A DNA stretch of 63,432 nt, filler included, from Octopus bimaculoides (taxonomy: Eukaryota), in assembly GCF_001194135.2 (NCBI RefSeq). It is 9 parts of 9 records of this genome, joined end to end, with 100 filler letters (N's around TTAATTAATTAA, not from the genome) between each part and the next. Parts side by side here need not be neighbours in the genome. Positions count along the whole stretch, not along the records: positions 10,507 to 20,111 come from NC_068983.1; positions 20,212 to 26,209 come from NC_069000.1; 7 more parts are not named here. One strand, 5' to 3'. The position numbers and the translations under genes are program-made. Positions 11,083-24,357 of this stretch are shown piece by piece. The stretch's first letter is position 1. Each line of letters opens with the position of its first letter. The notes beneath the pieces are model-generated. The model saw only the letters and a list, made by a program, of their open reading frames with translations. It did not search any database and was not told the origin of the DNA.

Positions 11083-11650
11083 GAGGGCAGCTAGCTGGCG
11101 GAATCGTTAGCACGCCGGTTAAAATGCTTAGCGACATTTAGTCCGTCTTTACGTTCTGAGTTCAAATTTCATCAAGGTCGATTTCGCCTTTCATCCTTTC
11201 GGGGTCGATAAAATAAGTATCAGTTGAACATTGGGAGGGGTGGGGGTCGATGAAATCGACTGACCCACTTCCCTGAAATTTCCGGCCTTGTGCCAAAATC
11301 TGAAACCAATACAAAAGATGAATAGTAGCAGTGATAGAGCCTTTAGGAAGCCGGACAAATTGCTTAGCGGCACTTCATTCGGCTCTTTACGTTCTGAGTT
11401 CAAACTCCACCAAGGTCGAATTTGCCTTTCACCCTTTCGGGGTCGATAAAATAAATACCAGTTGAACACTGGGGGTCGATGTAATCGACTGACCCACTTC
11501 CCTGAAATTTCCGGCCTTGTGCCAAAATCTGAAACCAATACTAAAGATGAATAGTAGCTGTGGCAGAGCCGTTAAGAAGCCGGACAAAATGCTTAGCGCA
11601 TTTCATTCGGCTCTTTACGTTCTGAGTTCAAACTCCACCAAGGTCGAATT
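11083..11650 (+). mobile_element. Tandem array of family A SINEs (two full copies plus one cut by a gap)
   Basis: A unit of about 235-245 bp repeated head-to-tail, each junction carrying the same spacer ..aaagatgaatagtagc.. Confidence 0.88.
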
Positions 11651-12045
11651 NNNNNNNNNNNNNNNNNNNNNNNNNNNNNNNNNNNNNNNNNNNNNNNNNN
11701 NNNNNNNNNNNNNNNNNNNNNNNNNNNNNNNNNNNNNNNNNNNNNNNNNNTATGTGTGAATGTATGTATGTATGTATGTATGTATGTATGTATGTATGTG
11801 GGTCTGTGTATTGTGCCTGTGTTTGTATGAAAACATGGGCGCTGTTGTGTACATCCATATACGCAAATCTGATATTTAATACATACACCTATACACTAGA
11901 AAACGGTTATTATAATCACTTTGAGACAACGCATTTTCGATTACAATAACCGGGTGACATCACTGGGAAAATTAAGACTATATGCATTCATATATATACG
12001 CACATATAAACGTAACGTACATACACATAAACGTAGATTGTCATA

Positions 12046-12087
12046 CCGGCCATGACGAAGGGAAATAGCCCTGAAACTCGAGTCGCC
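12046..12087 (+). ncRNA. Degenerate minimal type-I hammerhead ribozyme motif (Penelope-like/retrozyme relic)
   Basis: ggc-C(A)TGACGA-aggg[aaatag]ccct-GAAAC-tcga-GTC-gcc: stems I, II and III all pair, with one extra A in the CUGANGA box. Confidence 0.5.
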
Positions 12088-13462
12088 TTTATATATATAT
12101 ATTTATATTTATATATTTATATATTTGATCCTTTATATTGAACACTCAATATTTCATCTACATTCAATACTTTATTTCATGGTGCCATCCATTTTTATTT
12201 TATTTTATTTTATATTATATGTTATATTATATATTGTATATTATATTATATATTGTATATTCCATATTCTATACCGCACATTAGTTCTGCAGGAATATAA
12301 ATAAAACATAAAAAACAGACAGTGTTGGAACTCTTTTAAGCAAAATAATATATNNNNNNNNNNNNNNNNNNNNNNNNNNNNNNNNNNNNNNNNNNNNNNN
12401 NNNNNNNNNNNNNNNNNNNNNNNNNNNNNNNNNNNNNNNNNNNNNNNNNNNNNNNNNNNNNNNNNNNNNNNNNNNNNNNNNNNNNNNNNNNNNNNNNNNN
12501 NNNNNNNNNNNNNNNNNNNNNNNNNNNNNNNNNNNNNNNNNNNNNNNNNNNNNNNNNNNNNNNNNNNNNNNNNNNNNNNNNNNNNNNNNNNNNNNNNNNN
12601 NNNNNNNNNNNNNNNNNNNNNNNNNNNNNNNNNNNNNNNNNNNNNNNNNNNNNNNNNNNNNNNNNNNNNNNNNNNNNNNNNNNNNNNNNNNNNNNNNNNN
12701 NNNNNNNNNNNNNNNNNNNNNNNNNNNNNNNNNNNNNNNNNNNNNNNNNNNNNNNNNNNNNNNNNNNNNNNNNNNNNNNNNNNNNNNNNNNNNNNNNNNN
12801 NNNNNNNNNNNNNNNNNNNNNNNNNNNNNNNNNNNNNNNNNNNNNNNNNNNNNNNNNNNNNNNNNNNNNNNNNNNNNNNNNNNNNNNNNNNNNNNNNNNN
12901 NNNNNNNNNNNNNNNNNNNNNNNNNNNNNNNNNNNNNNNNNNNNNNNNNNNNNNNNNNNNNNNNNNNNNNNNNNNNNNNNNNNNNNNNNNNNNNNNNNNN
13001 NNNNNNNNNNNNNNNNNNNNNNNNNNNNNNNNNNNNNNNNNNNNNNNNNNNNNNNNNNNNNNNNNNNNNNNNNNNNNNNNNNNNNNNNNNNNNNNNNNNN
13101 NNNNNNNNNNNNNNNNNNNNNNNNNNNNNNNNNNNNNNNNNNNNNNNNNNNNNNNNNNNNNNNNNNNNNNNNNNNNNNNNNNNNNNNNNNNNNNNNNNNN
13201 NNNNNNNNNNNNNNNNNNNNNNNNNNNNNNNNNNNNNNNNNNNNNNNNNNNNNNNNNNNNNNNNTATATATACATATATATATGTACATATATAAACACA
13301 TGCACAAAATGGTTAAAAACATACCTTTTAGGAAATCTCTCAGAACTCATGAGAATTAAAGCAGTAAAAATAAAATAAACAATAAAACATAAACACACAA
13401 AACGTCATGCTTGCGTACAATTCATACATATATATACATGTATAATTATATTTATACATACA

Positions 13463-13495
<33 letters not shown>

Positions 13496-13771
13496 GCATA
13501 CATACATATATACATACGTACATACATACATAAGTGCGTCGAAGCAAGCAACTGGGGAAGCAAATAATACAAAAAAAAATGGCAGCTGTGTTAGTTGTGT
13601 AAATATTGTCCTATAGCCCTGTTCTGTCTGTTTTATGAGACGTAATAGCAATGATGGAGGTAGCTTGGCATTTCACAATTTGGAGATGTCATTATCTTCG
13701 CTTTCTACTGTGATTTGTTAAAAGAAAACATGACGGTTAAAGTCATACTTTTTTTTTTCATAATTACATAC

Positions 13772-13918
13772 AGCACGGGTGTTTGGTTAAGAAGCTTGTT
13801 TTGTAGCCACATGATTTTAGGTTCAGTCCCATTGCGCAGTAAGGTGAGCAGATGTCTCCTACTATAATTTTTGGATCAGTGAATTTGGTGGAAAGGAGCT
13901 GTGTGGAAGTCCGACGTA
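13772..13918 (+). mobile_element. SINE family B tRNA-like head, degenerate
   Basis: tggttaagaagctt..ccacatg..ggttcagtcccattgcg.. resembles the heads at 26075 and 56160-56280. Confidence 0.65.
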
Positions 13919-14066
13919 TGAATGTGTGTATGTATGTATGTATGCATGTATGCAATTATGTATGTATACATGTATGTATGTATGTATGCATATAATGGAT
14001 GCGTAGCGTTCAATTTAATAATAAATAATATATATATAGTATATATATATATACACACACACACAC

Positions 14067-14149
<83 letters not shown>

Positions 14150-14957
14150 AGTGGAATTATATGGTAATAAAAGCCACAATAATAATCGCTTGCATATATA
14201 TATATATATATATATATACGCACACATACACACTCATACACACACATATGTACATATATCTATATACATATACATGTGCATATATATAAATGTACACATA
14301 AATTCACAGATACTAAAATATGAGCACATAAGTACGTACATAAGGCATATAATCATATACATATATACGCATTATAATTTTCCATTCGATAGTATTTGTT
14401 TATATTTTAGTGTAATTTAATTAATGCTTCTATTAAATGCATTTACATAAAATGATATCTACATAAGGCACAGGTATCTATCTACCGTATAATCGGCACG
14501 ATAAATATATACTGCTTGTTTACATTCTAGATAGATGGAGATCTTGTGCACTGCGTCATCACAAATGTAGTTTATAGAAAGAATTTCGGGATATTATCAA
14601 TATATGGGAATTTTGTTCAACTATATCATTTAATTATTAAGTATTGTTAATTATAGTTTAAAATTAATATTAACGTAAGATAATAGGCCGAAAATATGTT
14701 TTGTAAGATAAAAGTTCTAAATATTCAGTTAAGTATAAATATAAAAAAGACAGTTGTCTTAGTTATAGATAGGAATTTGTTATATTAGGTGATCTCAATT
14801 AGTGTTAATAGAAATAGTTACGAAAAATATTCAATATGTAGTGTTTAAGTTAATCTCAGTAAATTAATAAATAATAATTATTAATTATTGTTTAGGATAT
14901 TGTTAGAATTTTAGTTGATAATTTAAGATAATAGAGTTGAATATATTATGTATCATG

Positions 14958-15085
14958 AGTGGATTGATCAATAAGGTTTTGGTCGGAACGCGGCTATTGT
15001 AGAAGATACTTGCCAATATTCCACGCAGTGAGACTGAACTCAAGATCATATGGTTGTGAAGCAAGCTTTTCAACCACACAGCCCC
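14958..15085 (-). mobile_element. SINE family B head
   Basis: Reverse complement of the family B head (aaggttttggtcggaacgcggctattgtagaagatacttgcc..aaccacacagcc). Confidence 0.65.
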
Positions 15086-15578
15086 GCGTACCCGAGATGC
15101 ATACAGAAGGACGAAACAGCTTTACATGCGCTCATACAGCGCGTGTGTACATATATGTGTGAGTGTGTGTGTGTGTGTGTTTATGTACTTGTGTGTATGA
15201 ATGTGTGTGTGTATGTTTGCTTGTGTGTGTGTGTGTGTGTGTGTTTGCTTGTGTGTGTGTGTGTGTGTGTNNNNNNNNNNNNNNNNNNNNNNNNNNNNNN
15301 NNNNNNNNNNNNNNNNNNNNNNNNNNNNNNNNNNNNNNNNNNNNNNNNNNNNNNNNNNNNNNNNNNNNNNNNNNNNNNNNNNNNNNNNNNNNNNNNNNNN
15401 NNNNNNNNNNNNNNNNNNNNNNNNNNNNNNNNNNNNNNNNNNNNNNNNNNNNNNNNNNNNNNNNNNNNNNNNNNNNNNNNNNNNNNNNNNNNNNNNNNNN
15501 NNNNNNNNNNNNNNNNNNNNNNNNNNNNNNNNNNNNNNNNNNNNNNNNNNNNNNNNNNNNNNNNNNNNNNNNNNNNNN

Positions 15579-15610
<32 letters not shown>

Positions 15611-15861
15611 AGGGACTGGTACAAAATGTTCTGTGTTTTCCTTTCCTCTCCTTTCCTTCGCAATATCTTGAAACATAACCAGAAAAATGATGTAAAATTT
15701 GAGGCTAAAGAGAGGTTAAGTAAATAGAAATATATGGAAGGAAAGAAAGAAAAAAAGCACATAAGAATAAAACAGAGAAATAGTAATTTTGAGTGAAATA
15801 TGTAAAGACACTTTGTTTAACAGACAGTACATGTAGATGAGCATGAACAGGGGGCAGTGCG

Positions 15862-15895
<34 letters not shown>

Positions 15896-15979
15896 GCTGC
15901 TGCTGCTAACTATAATAATATTTTCTTTATTGGCTACGAGGGGCGAAAAGATATTTAAAGCATATACACGTGTAGACGA

Positions 15980-17290
15980 TTAATAACAGTAATTAATAAG
16001 AAAATTGATAACAGCAAAATTCCCCAGTAGAAGAGAGTACCATCCAGGAGCAACTAGGGAACCCTGGTACTGGATTAACCGACTGCCAAAGGAACCACAA
16101 GGAAGCGCCCCTCTCCGATGCATTCTCTCTAGCTCAGAGTAGGCCCACTCTCTCGGGCCATCCTCACTATATTCATCCCCGCCTTCGTCCTTATATCTAA
16201 CTTTAAAAAAGTCGTTGAGGGCTGTAGCCAACGGACGGAAGAAAATGCCTGTCCTTCCCAAGCAAAAGAGATGGCAGGGCGATCAAGAAGATAGCAAGGC
16301 GATCTTCATGATGGTCTCAGCTGATAGCTAGATCTACCCCACACGTAATAACAGAAGTTCAACATAAATCTACAAGTTAGCAATACTCGGGTGCTGTACA
16401 AGAGCATATAAGACTGTTTCGTCGCTCTGCATGCGTTTCGAGCAGGTCCAGCTGACAGCTTTACCATGCATGCAGAGTTTATGCCGAACAAATAATGTGC
16501 TGATAACACTACCAGGTCAGGGATTTCTGGAAATCATCCATAGGTTCTACACAGAGTTCTCCGGGAAAGAAAACCCTGCTAGTTGATCGCTTTCGATGGC
16601 CAGAGTTGCTCGAATGATGTTGTCGCACTTGCCCGCCGCTAATCCTCTATTGTGCGCCATGGCGGAACATCCACCAAACATGTTGCATGTCAGGCAGAGG
16701 GCTGTGAGCACCTGACAATGCTCTTGATGCCAAACAACCTACCTCTGCCTACAATTGATCCAAGACTACAGTTCTGTCAAAGAAACGAGTTGTGGAAAAG
16801 CGTGTCTGACAAAGTGACCACACCTGCTTACCATTAAAGAAATGCTAGAGATATCGTCCGCACAATTATCCACTGATGTCCAGTCCCCCATGTGGCGGAT
16901 ATTGACAGCTAATGGACCATGGAAAGCGGAAGAGCAAGCGCTCCAGTCAGGTCAGCCATGAATCGGGTGAAATCACGGAAGTCAGGCGGAAGTAAATGGC
17001 GGCGGGGATGTAGCGTTCGCTGTCTTGGCTCGACTATAGCATTACGCAGGGGAGGATGCTTGTTGATTACGTCGACCCCACTATTAGACTGGTGCTTTAT
17101 TTGTCGATCACGGAGGGAAGAAAGGCAAAGTTGACTTTGGTGCGATAACGAGTGAGATTTGGCAGCCATTTCTAGTCGTCAAGTCGATCAAGAGACCATC
17201 TAGCTCGAAGCTGGTCGCTAGATCATGTGGAGGCTTCCTCACCGTCTAACCTTGTGGTAGCCATATTGGCTGGAAGAAAGTCCTCCTACA
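15980..17290. other. GC-elevated unique island, possibly a highly decayed LTR (Gypsy-like) pol remnant
   Basis: Composition differs from the flanks. One plus frame reads SPGKKTLLVDRFRWPELLE*CCRTC, weakly resembling the integrase zinc-binding region (HPG..T......F.WP.....V..C). No long ORF. Confidence 0.2.
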
Positions 17291-19113
17291 GCTGTATATT
17301 TGTAAGATATGGAGATAGATGAAGAGTGGAGAGAGGATAAGGATAAAATGGAATACAAAAATAATAGAAAACCTAAACCTCTTCACCACACATGCATGCA
17401 CATACACACATATATATTCATAGATACATACATACATGCATACATACATACATGCATACGTACATACATAAATACACCCCTCATACAGACACACACACAT
17501 ACATATAATATAATATAAGAGATAAAAGATGAGAAAGAAATGATGATTGAAAGTATATAAACAACGAGAAAAACACAAGAAAGAAGGAAGAAAAAATAAA
17601 CAAAATATGAATACAAAGATGAAGTTAAGAGAAGTAAAACAACGAGAGCAACATAAAATAGTGAAGGAACGATCCTGCACCCACCAGAACAAAACAAACA
17701 CTATTCTCATCCACGACAAAAAATAAAGAACATGAGAAATAAAAATGAAAATAAAATATAAACAAGCAAAAACAAAACACAATAACAATCAAACAATATA
17801 GATAAATAAATGAGGGAGAAAAAAAAAACAATCAAGAAGACATGACGAGAAGAGAGAATAAAAGTTACAGGTCTTTCTGTGCAGCGTATAAAATATGGCT
17901 TCTTCAAACAGATCGACACGTTAACTTATTCGTCGAAATGACCCTGTTTTAACGAGTAAGCAGCAAATTATCTCCAGAGCTGTCAAGAATTGTCATCTTT
18001 GGAGACCTCCCTTATTCAAAGATGTCATCATCCCATTTCATCAAGCTGGGCGACTGAGATGAGAGTTGTGCGTGCAACGAAAATATTTACGTAGTTGTTG
18101 GTTACGTTTTTGTGCTCGTGAAAATATTTGTTAGTGTGTACGGTGTGTGTGTGTGTGTGTGTATGTGTGTTTGTGTGTGCGTGCGTGCGTGCGTGTGGGC
18201 GTGTGTGTGTGTCTGTGCGTGCTTGTGTGTGTGATCATCTCTCTCTCTCTCTCTTNNNNNNNNNNNNNNNNNNNNNNNNNNNNNNNNNNNNNNNNNNNNN
18301 NNNNNNNNNNNNNNNNNNNNNNNNNNNNNNNNNNNNNNNNNNNNNNNNNNNNNNNNNNNNNNNNNNNNNNNNNNNNNNNNNNNNNNNNNNNNNNNNNNNN
18401 NNNNNNNNNNNNNNNNNNNNNNNNNNNNNNNNNNNNNNNNNNNNNNNNNNNNNNNNNNNNNNNNNNNNNNNNNNNNNNNNNNNNNNNNNNNNNNNNNNNN
18501 NNNNNNNNNNNNNNNNNNNNNNNNNNNNNNNNNNNNNNNNNNNNNNNNNNNNNNNNNNNNNNNNNNNNNNNNNNNNNNNNNNNNNNNNNNNNNNNNNNNN
18601 NNNNNNNNNNNNNNNNNNNNNNNNNNNNNNNNNNNNNNNNNNNNNNNNNNNNNNNNNNNNNNNNNNNNNNNNNNNNNNNNNNNNNNNNNNNNNNNNNNNN
18701 NNNNNNNNNNNNNNNNNNNNNNNNNNNNNNNNNNNNNNNNNNNNNNNNNNNNNNNNNNNNNNNNNNNNNNNNNNNNNNNNNNNNNNNNNNNNNNNNNNNN
18801 NNNNNNNNNNNNNNNNNNNNNNNNNNNNNNNNNNNNNNNNNNNNNNNNNNNNNNNNNNNNNNNNNNNNNNNNNNNNNNNNNNNNNNNNNNNNNNNNNNNN
18901 NNNNNNNNNNNNNNNNNNNNNNNNNNNNNNNNNNNNNNNNNNNNNNNNNNNNNNNNNNNNNNNNNNNNNNNNNNNNNNNNNNNNNNNNNNNNNNNNNNNN
19001 NNNNNNNNNNNNNNNNNNNNNNNNNNNNNNNNNNNNNNNNNNNNNNNNNNNNNNNNNNNNNNNNNNNNNNNNNNNNNNNNNNNNNNNNNNNNNNNNNNNN
19101 NNNNNNNNNNNNN

Positions 19114-19153
<40 letters not shown>

Positions 19154-19261
19154 CCAAATCGAAAAATCGAAAATTAAAAGTAACAAACAACAAGAGGACA
19201 TCCACATAGAATGTATTAGTTTGACGCTCGATAAAAAAAGTCTTTGACGTTTGGAGCATGA

Positions 19262-19452
19262 TAGGCTTCTTTCAGTTTCCATCCACCGAATCCACTCACA
19301 AGGCTTTGGTTTTTTGTATACATGCATGCATTTTGTAATTATATGAATGTTTCTCATATATAGTTGCAGTCACTTATCAATGTTTCTCACAGTTGGACTG
19401 AACCCGGAGCCATGTTGTTGGGAAGGAAACTTCTTACCACACAGTCACGCCT
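19262..19452 (-). mobile_element. SINE family B head
   Basis: ggcttctttcagtttccatccaccgaatccactcacaaggctttgg and actgaacccggagccatg..cttaccacacagtcacgcctg. Confidence 0.75.
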
Positions 19453-20061
19453 GTGTCTACATGGTTGTGTATTTGAAATATGCTGCTTTACTCTATTATC
19501 ACGTGTCTCTGAGTATCGGCTGTGTTCATATGTCAATCTATGTATATTATTGCTCTAAATCTGATTTTGTCCCCATCTACTTTTATTGAGCCTTCTCACT
19601 AAGTCGCTTTGCACGATGAATTCTTTTCAATATAACAGAGAAGCAGTTATTCATATAATTACAAAATACATGCATACATAAATACACACCTACATACATA
19701 CAAACACACACACACGTACACACACACGCGCCCGCATACACGCACACACACACGTACATACATACATACATACATACATGCATACATACAGACATTACGT
19801 GCATGTGTATTACGCGTTTTCTTTCTACACATACATATATATTTATATACATNNNNNNNNNNATGTGTATTACGCGTTTTCTTTCTACACAAACATATAT
19901 ATTTATATACATATATGTGGATCTATCAATCTCTCTATCTATCTTTTTCTCCGTCCCTGTTTGTCTGTCTGTCTGTCTGTCACTCCCTCTCCCCTTCTCT
20001 TTATATACATCCATGTATATATGGATATATATTATACATATGTATATATATATATATGCAT

Positions 20062-20111
<50 letters not shown>

Positions 20112-20211
20112 NNNNNNNNNNNNNNNNNNNNNNNNNNNNNNNNNNNNNNNNNNNNTTAATTAATTAANNNNNNNNNNNNNNNNNNNNNNNNNNNNNNNNN
20201 NNNNNNNNNNN

Positions 20212-20297
<86 letters not shown>

Positions 20298-20675
20298 CGT
20301 GCAAGCTTTTATACATAACAGTAACAGTTACAAAAGCTCTACCTTATATAAATACATATGTAGATTGTTTAGATAACTGTTGCCTGTATAATTACATCGG
20401 CAAACATTGGTACAAAGCGGTTCTCAGTATAAAAATATTTCATTGAATATCATTGTATTTAGTTTCGGAATTTCTTCACATACTTATCACGCCGACATCG
20501 AATATCAACGTGATAATTAAGTAATATACTATAGATTATAATATAGCATATTATTATTGATATGTAATATGTACACAGGCGTATAGTCATAGCTGATAAC
20601 CCCAATATTTTATTATATTTCTAGATTTTATAGCCATATTTGCATGCATACATACATACATACAAACATACGTAC

Positions 20676-21059
20676 ATATGATAAAGAATAAATGGAGTAA
20701 AACGTATATAATAAATAAGTTCCTTTAATTCCGACACATGTTTCGAAAATTACATGCATTCTATTCCAAAGGAATAAAAGATGTTATTATACATGTAATT
20801 TTCTCTTCGGGGAACCATTCTTTAAATGCAAGACTTGTACCGAATGTAAAAATTACGTATATGGAAGATCACTACATAACTAAGTTTACATTCGGTACAA
20901 GTCTTGCATTTAAAGAATGGTTCCCTGAAGAGAAAATTACATGTATAATAACATCTTTTATTCGTTTGGAATAGAGTGCATGTAATTTTCGAAACATGTG
21001 TCGGAATTAAAGGAACTTATTTATTATATGCGTTTTACTCCATTTATTCTTTATCATAT
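20676..21059. mobile_element. Foldback MITE-like element: near-perfect 175-bp inverted repeat with a 34-nt loop
   Basis: 20676-20850 is the reverse complement of 20885-21059 with about 4 mismatches by eye; ends read TA|tgataaag ... ctttatca|TA. Confidence 0.85.
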
Positions 21060-21419
21060 CAACTCAAAATACATCACTTTAACATGGAATTTCTACCTCT
21101 TAACCAGGTATAATATCCCAGCTTCTTTGTGAATTTTGCTACCCTGGTAACTATTAACATATTTACCTTATCGAAGTTGTTCAACTAAGATAATATAAAT
21201 ACATACATAAATAAATATATACATATATACATACATACACACACACATACATACACACATACATACATACATACATGCATGCATATATACATACATACGT
21301 ACGCATGTACGTAAGTACTTACTTACCTACGTATATACATACATAATTACATACATGCATAATTACTAGAATATTAATTACTGGAATATTAATACTCTTA
21401 GATATACAACCACTATTAC

Positions 21420-22165
21420 TCTTAAAGGACACCTAGGAGAAATCTACAGTGAACAAAGTAACGAAATTACTAAACGGAAACAACCTAGATGGAAAACAAA
21501 ACTTGAAGTAAACATCAATAACGTGAGCCGCCATTTTGGCTGGTTAACTACAGCAACAAAACGTAAGGAGAAAATGAGTTTACACCTCACCAACTCTACC
21601 TTAGACAAAAATTAATGAGACTTTATGGCAACACTTCATACCGAGCTCTTGAGGGAAAGCTAATCACTTTAAAACATGAACTCAGGTCGATGAGCGAGAA
21701 ACTCCGCTATGGCATGCGAATTTTTGAGCGAGCCAGTATCAATCACAAGTTTGTTTCCAACCCACAAGTATTATGCAGAGAGATGAGGACGGAAAATATT
21801 ACCATTAAGAAAGCTCACTCCCAAGAAGATCTACAAACATTCTGGTCAAAAATTTGGAATGAAAAGAGGGATTTCAGCCTGAATGCATCATGTTTAAATA
21901 CAGTTGAGACAGAAAAATGTACCAACACTAACAGTAAAACATACAAAACTGATGCAAAAACCTTTGCTATAACAGTATGCAAACTGCAGAATGGGAAGAC
22001 ACCTGGAAAGGACCTAATAGTTGGATACATACATACACACATACATAACATACATACATACATACATATTCTGTTGTTAATGTTGAAATTTCAATGAAGG
22101 AGCCTTGGATCTAGGTTAGAAACCGACTCTTTCCCTCTTGGCAAGAAATCTTGAAATAAAACTGA
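21420..22165 (+). mobile_element. R4-clade LINE fragment (pre-RT region), internally deleted
   Basis: PRWKTKLEVNINN..LKHELRSMSEKLRY..INHKFVSNPQVLCREM..LQTFWSKIWNEK..KLQNGKTPGKDLIVGY fits the R4/NeSL pre-RT and RT domain-0 pattern (KL.NWK.PG.D.I.G). Flanked by (CATA)n arrays. Confidence 0.7.
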
Positions 22166-22169
22166 ACAG

Positions 22170-22790
22170 TGACATACATACATACGTATATGCCTATCTA
22201 CCTACCTACCTACATACATACAAGCAGACATACGTACATACACATATACATACATACGCACACGTACATACGTACACATACATACGTGCATACATACACA
22301 TACACACATACATACATATATACACATACATACATACATACAAGCAGATATACATACATACACAAATACATACACACACACATACACGTACATACATACA
22401 CACATACATACATATATACATACAAGCAGAAATACGTACATACATACATACATATGCACACATACATACGTACACGTACATACGTACATACGTACATACA
22501 TACATATACACATACATACATACATACACACATATACACTCATACATACATACATATATACATACATACATACACACACATACATACATAAATACATACA
22601 CACACATAATGGATACATACACATACATACATACAATCAGAAATACATACATACGCACACATACATACACGTACATACGTACATACATATATACATATAT
22701 ACATACATACATACATGCACATACACACACATACATACATACATATATACATACATATAATCATACGAAAAAAACATACATATAAACATG
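22170..22790. repeat. Long degenerate (CATA)n/(CA)n array
   Basis: Direct reading; source of the spurious YIHT/MYVC ORFs. Confidence 0.95.
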
Positions 22791-23129
22791 TCTATTATTC
22801 GTAATATATTTATCAAAATAAAATGTAATTTTAATATTCGTCTTGCTTTTACGTATTATTTCCACCACAACTCTTTAAGATCAATGCTGAAGAGATAATA
22901 TCTGATTTTAAAAAAAGAGATATTCATTGTAGCAATATGAAGCGGAATAATGTAAAGAACTCTATGGCAATAAATATTCTTCAACTTCAAAAGTAATAAA
23001 GGCATCACTGAACAAATGTGATGCCCATACAAAGCACATAGTTGGATATTGTTATTGATTCTTCAAAGAGAACCGGGAACGCTCTTCTACTGCACACCAG
23101 GCCAGAGAGTATGCCGTTGTATATTGGAC

Positions 23130-23420
23130 CAGTAGCTTCCAAACTTATTTTGTCACAGAACCCGTTTATGATTTTTTTCCAAAAATCATGGACCTATATC
23201 TAATCACTCAGCATTACGTGAAACCAATATTATTATTTCAGGGAAAATTTATTCAAGTCAAAGAATAATGTGTAATAATTTGTTATTTTGAAAATGGTGA
23301 ATACTATGATTTATAAAATGTATTTCGGTAAAATTTTATAAAACGCAATCTTATATCGTGTGATCCCAGAATCTTTTTATAGAGTCCTTTGATTTTCAGG
23401 ACCCCATCTTGAGAAACTCT
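23130..23420. mobile_element. hAT-like MITE
   Basis: Left end cagtagcttccaaactt, right end ..ggaccccatcttgagaaactct, typical of CAGTGGTTCCCAAAC/GTTTGAGAAAC hAT non-autonomous elements. The right end abuts a SINE. Confidence 0.5.
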
Positions 23421-23650
23421 TTTACTTTTTAGTTGTTTCACTCATTATACTGCGGCCATGCTGGGGCATCACCTTGAATTTTTCGTCGAATGAATGAATG
23501 AATCGACCCCAGCACTTCTTGCTTTTTAAGCCCGGTACTTATCCTATCGGCCTCTTTTACCCAATCACTAAATTACGAGGAGGCAAACACACCAACACCG
23601 GTTGTCAAGTGGTGGTGAGACAAACATGGATACAAAGACACACACACACA

Positions 23651-23698
<48 letters not shown>

Positions 23699-23763
23699 CG
23701 ACGGTCTTGTTTCAGCTTCCGTCTACCAAATCCACTTACAAGGCTTTGGTCGCTCCGAAGACA
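23421..23763 (-). mobile_element. SINE family B with internal (CA)/(TA) microsatellite, head cut by a gap
   Basis: Tail, internal microsatellite and partial head all recognisable. Confidence 0.8.
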
Positions 23764-24130
23764 NNNNNNNNNNNNNNNNNNNNNNNNNNNNNNNNNNNNN
23801 NNNNNNNNNNNNNNNNNNNNNNNNNNNNNNNNNNNNNNNNNNNNNNNNNNNNNNNNNNNNNNNNNNNNNNNNNNNNNNNNNNNNNNNNNNNNNNNNNNNN
23901 NNNNNNNNNNNNNNNNNNNNNNNNNNNNNNNNNNNNNNNNNNNNNNNNNNNNNNNNNNNNNNNNNNNNNNNNNNNNNNNNNNNNNNNNNNNNNNNNNNNN
24001 NNNNNNNNNNNNNNNNNNNNNNNNNNNNNNNNNNNNNNNNNNNNNNNNNNNNNNNNNNNNNNNNNNNNNNNNNNNNNNNNNNNNNNNNNNNNNNNNNNNN
24101 NNNNNNNNNNNNNNNNNNNNNNNNNNNNNA

Positions 24131-24357
24131 ACACAAGTGTGACAAGGCTGACCCTTTTGAATTACAGGCACAACAGAAACAGGAAGTAAGAGTGAGAGAA
24201 AGTTGTGGTGAAAGAGTACAGCAGGGTTCGTCACCATCCCCTGCCGGAGTCCCGTGGAGCTTTAGGTGTTTTCGCTCAATAAACACTCACAACGCCCAGT
24301 CTGGGAATCGAAACCGCGAGTCCGCTGCCCTAACCACTGGGCCATCGCACCTCCACG
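24131..24357 (-). mobile_element. tRNA-derived SINE family C (5' part)
   Basis: Reverse complement gtggaggtgcgatggcccagtggttagggcagcggactcgcggtttcgattccc (A/B boxes); same family as 54720-55135. Confidence 0.85.

Noticed and set aside
22138-22785. Long ORFs such as YIHT/MYVC/HTHT/IYIY repeats, including those spanning X runs
   Set aside because: Translations of microsatellites or N-gaps, open in several frames and on both strands, with no protein signal.
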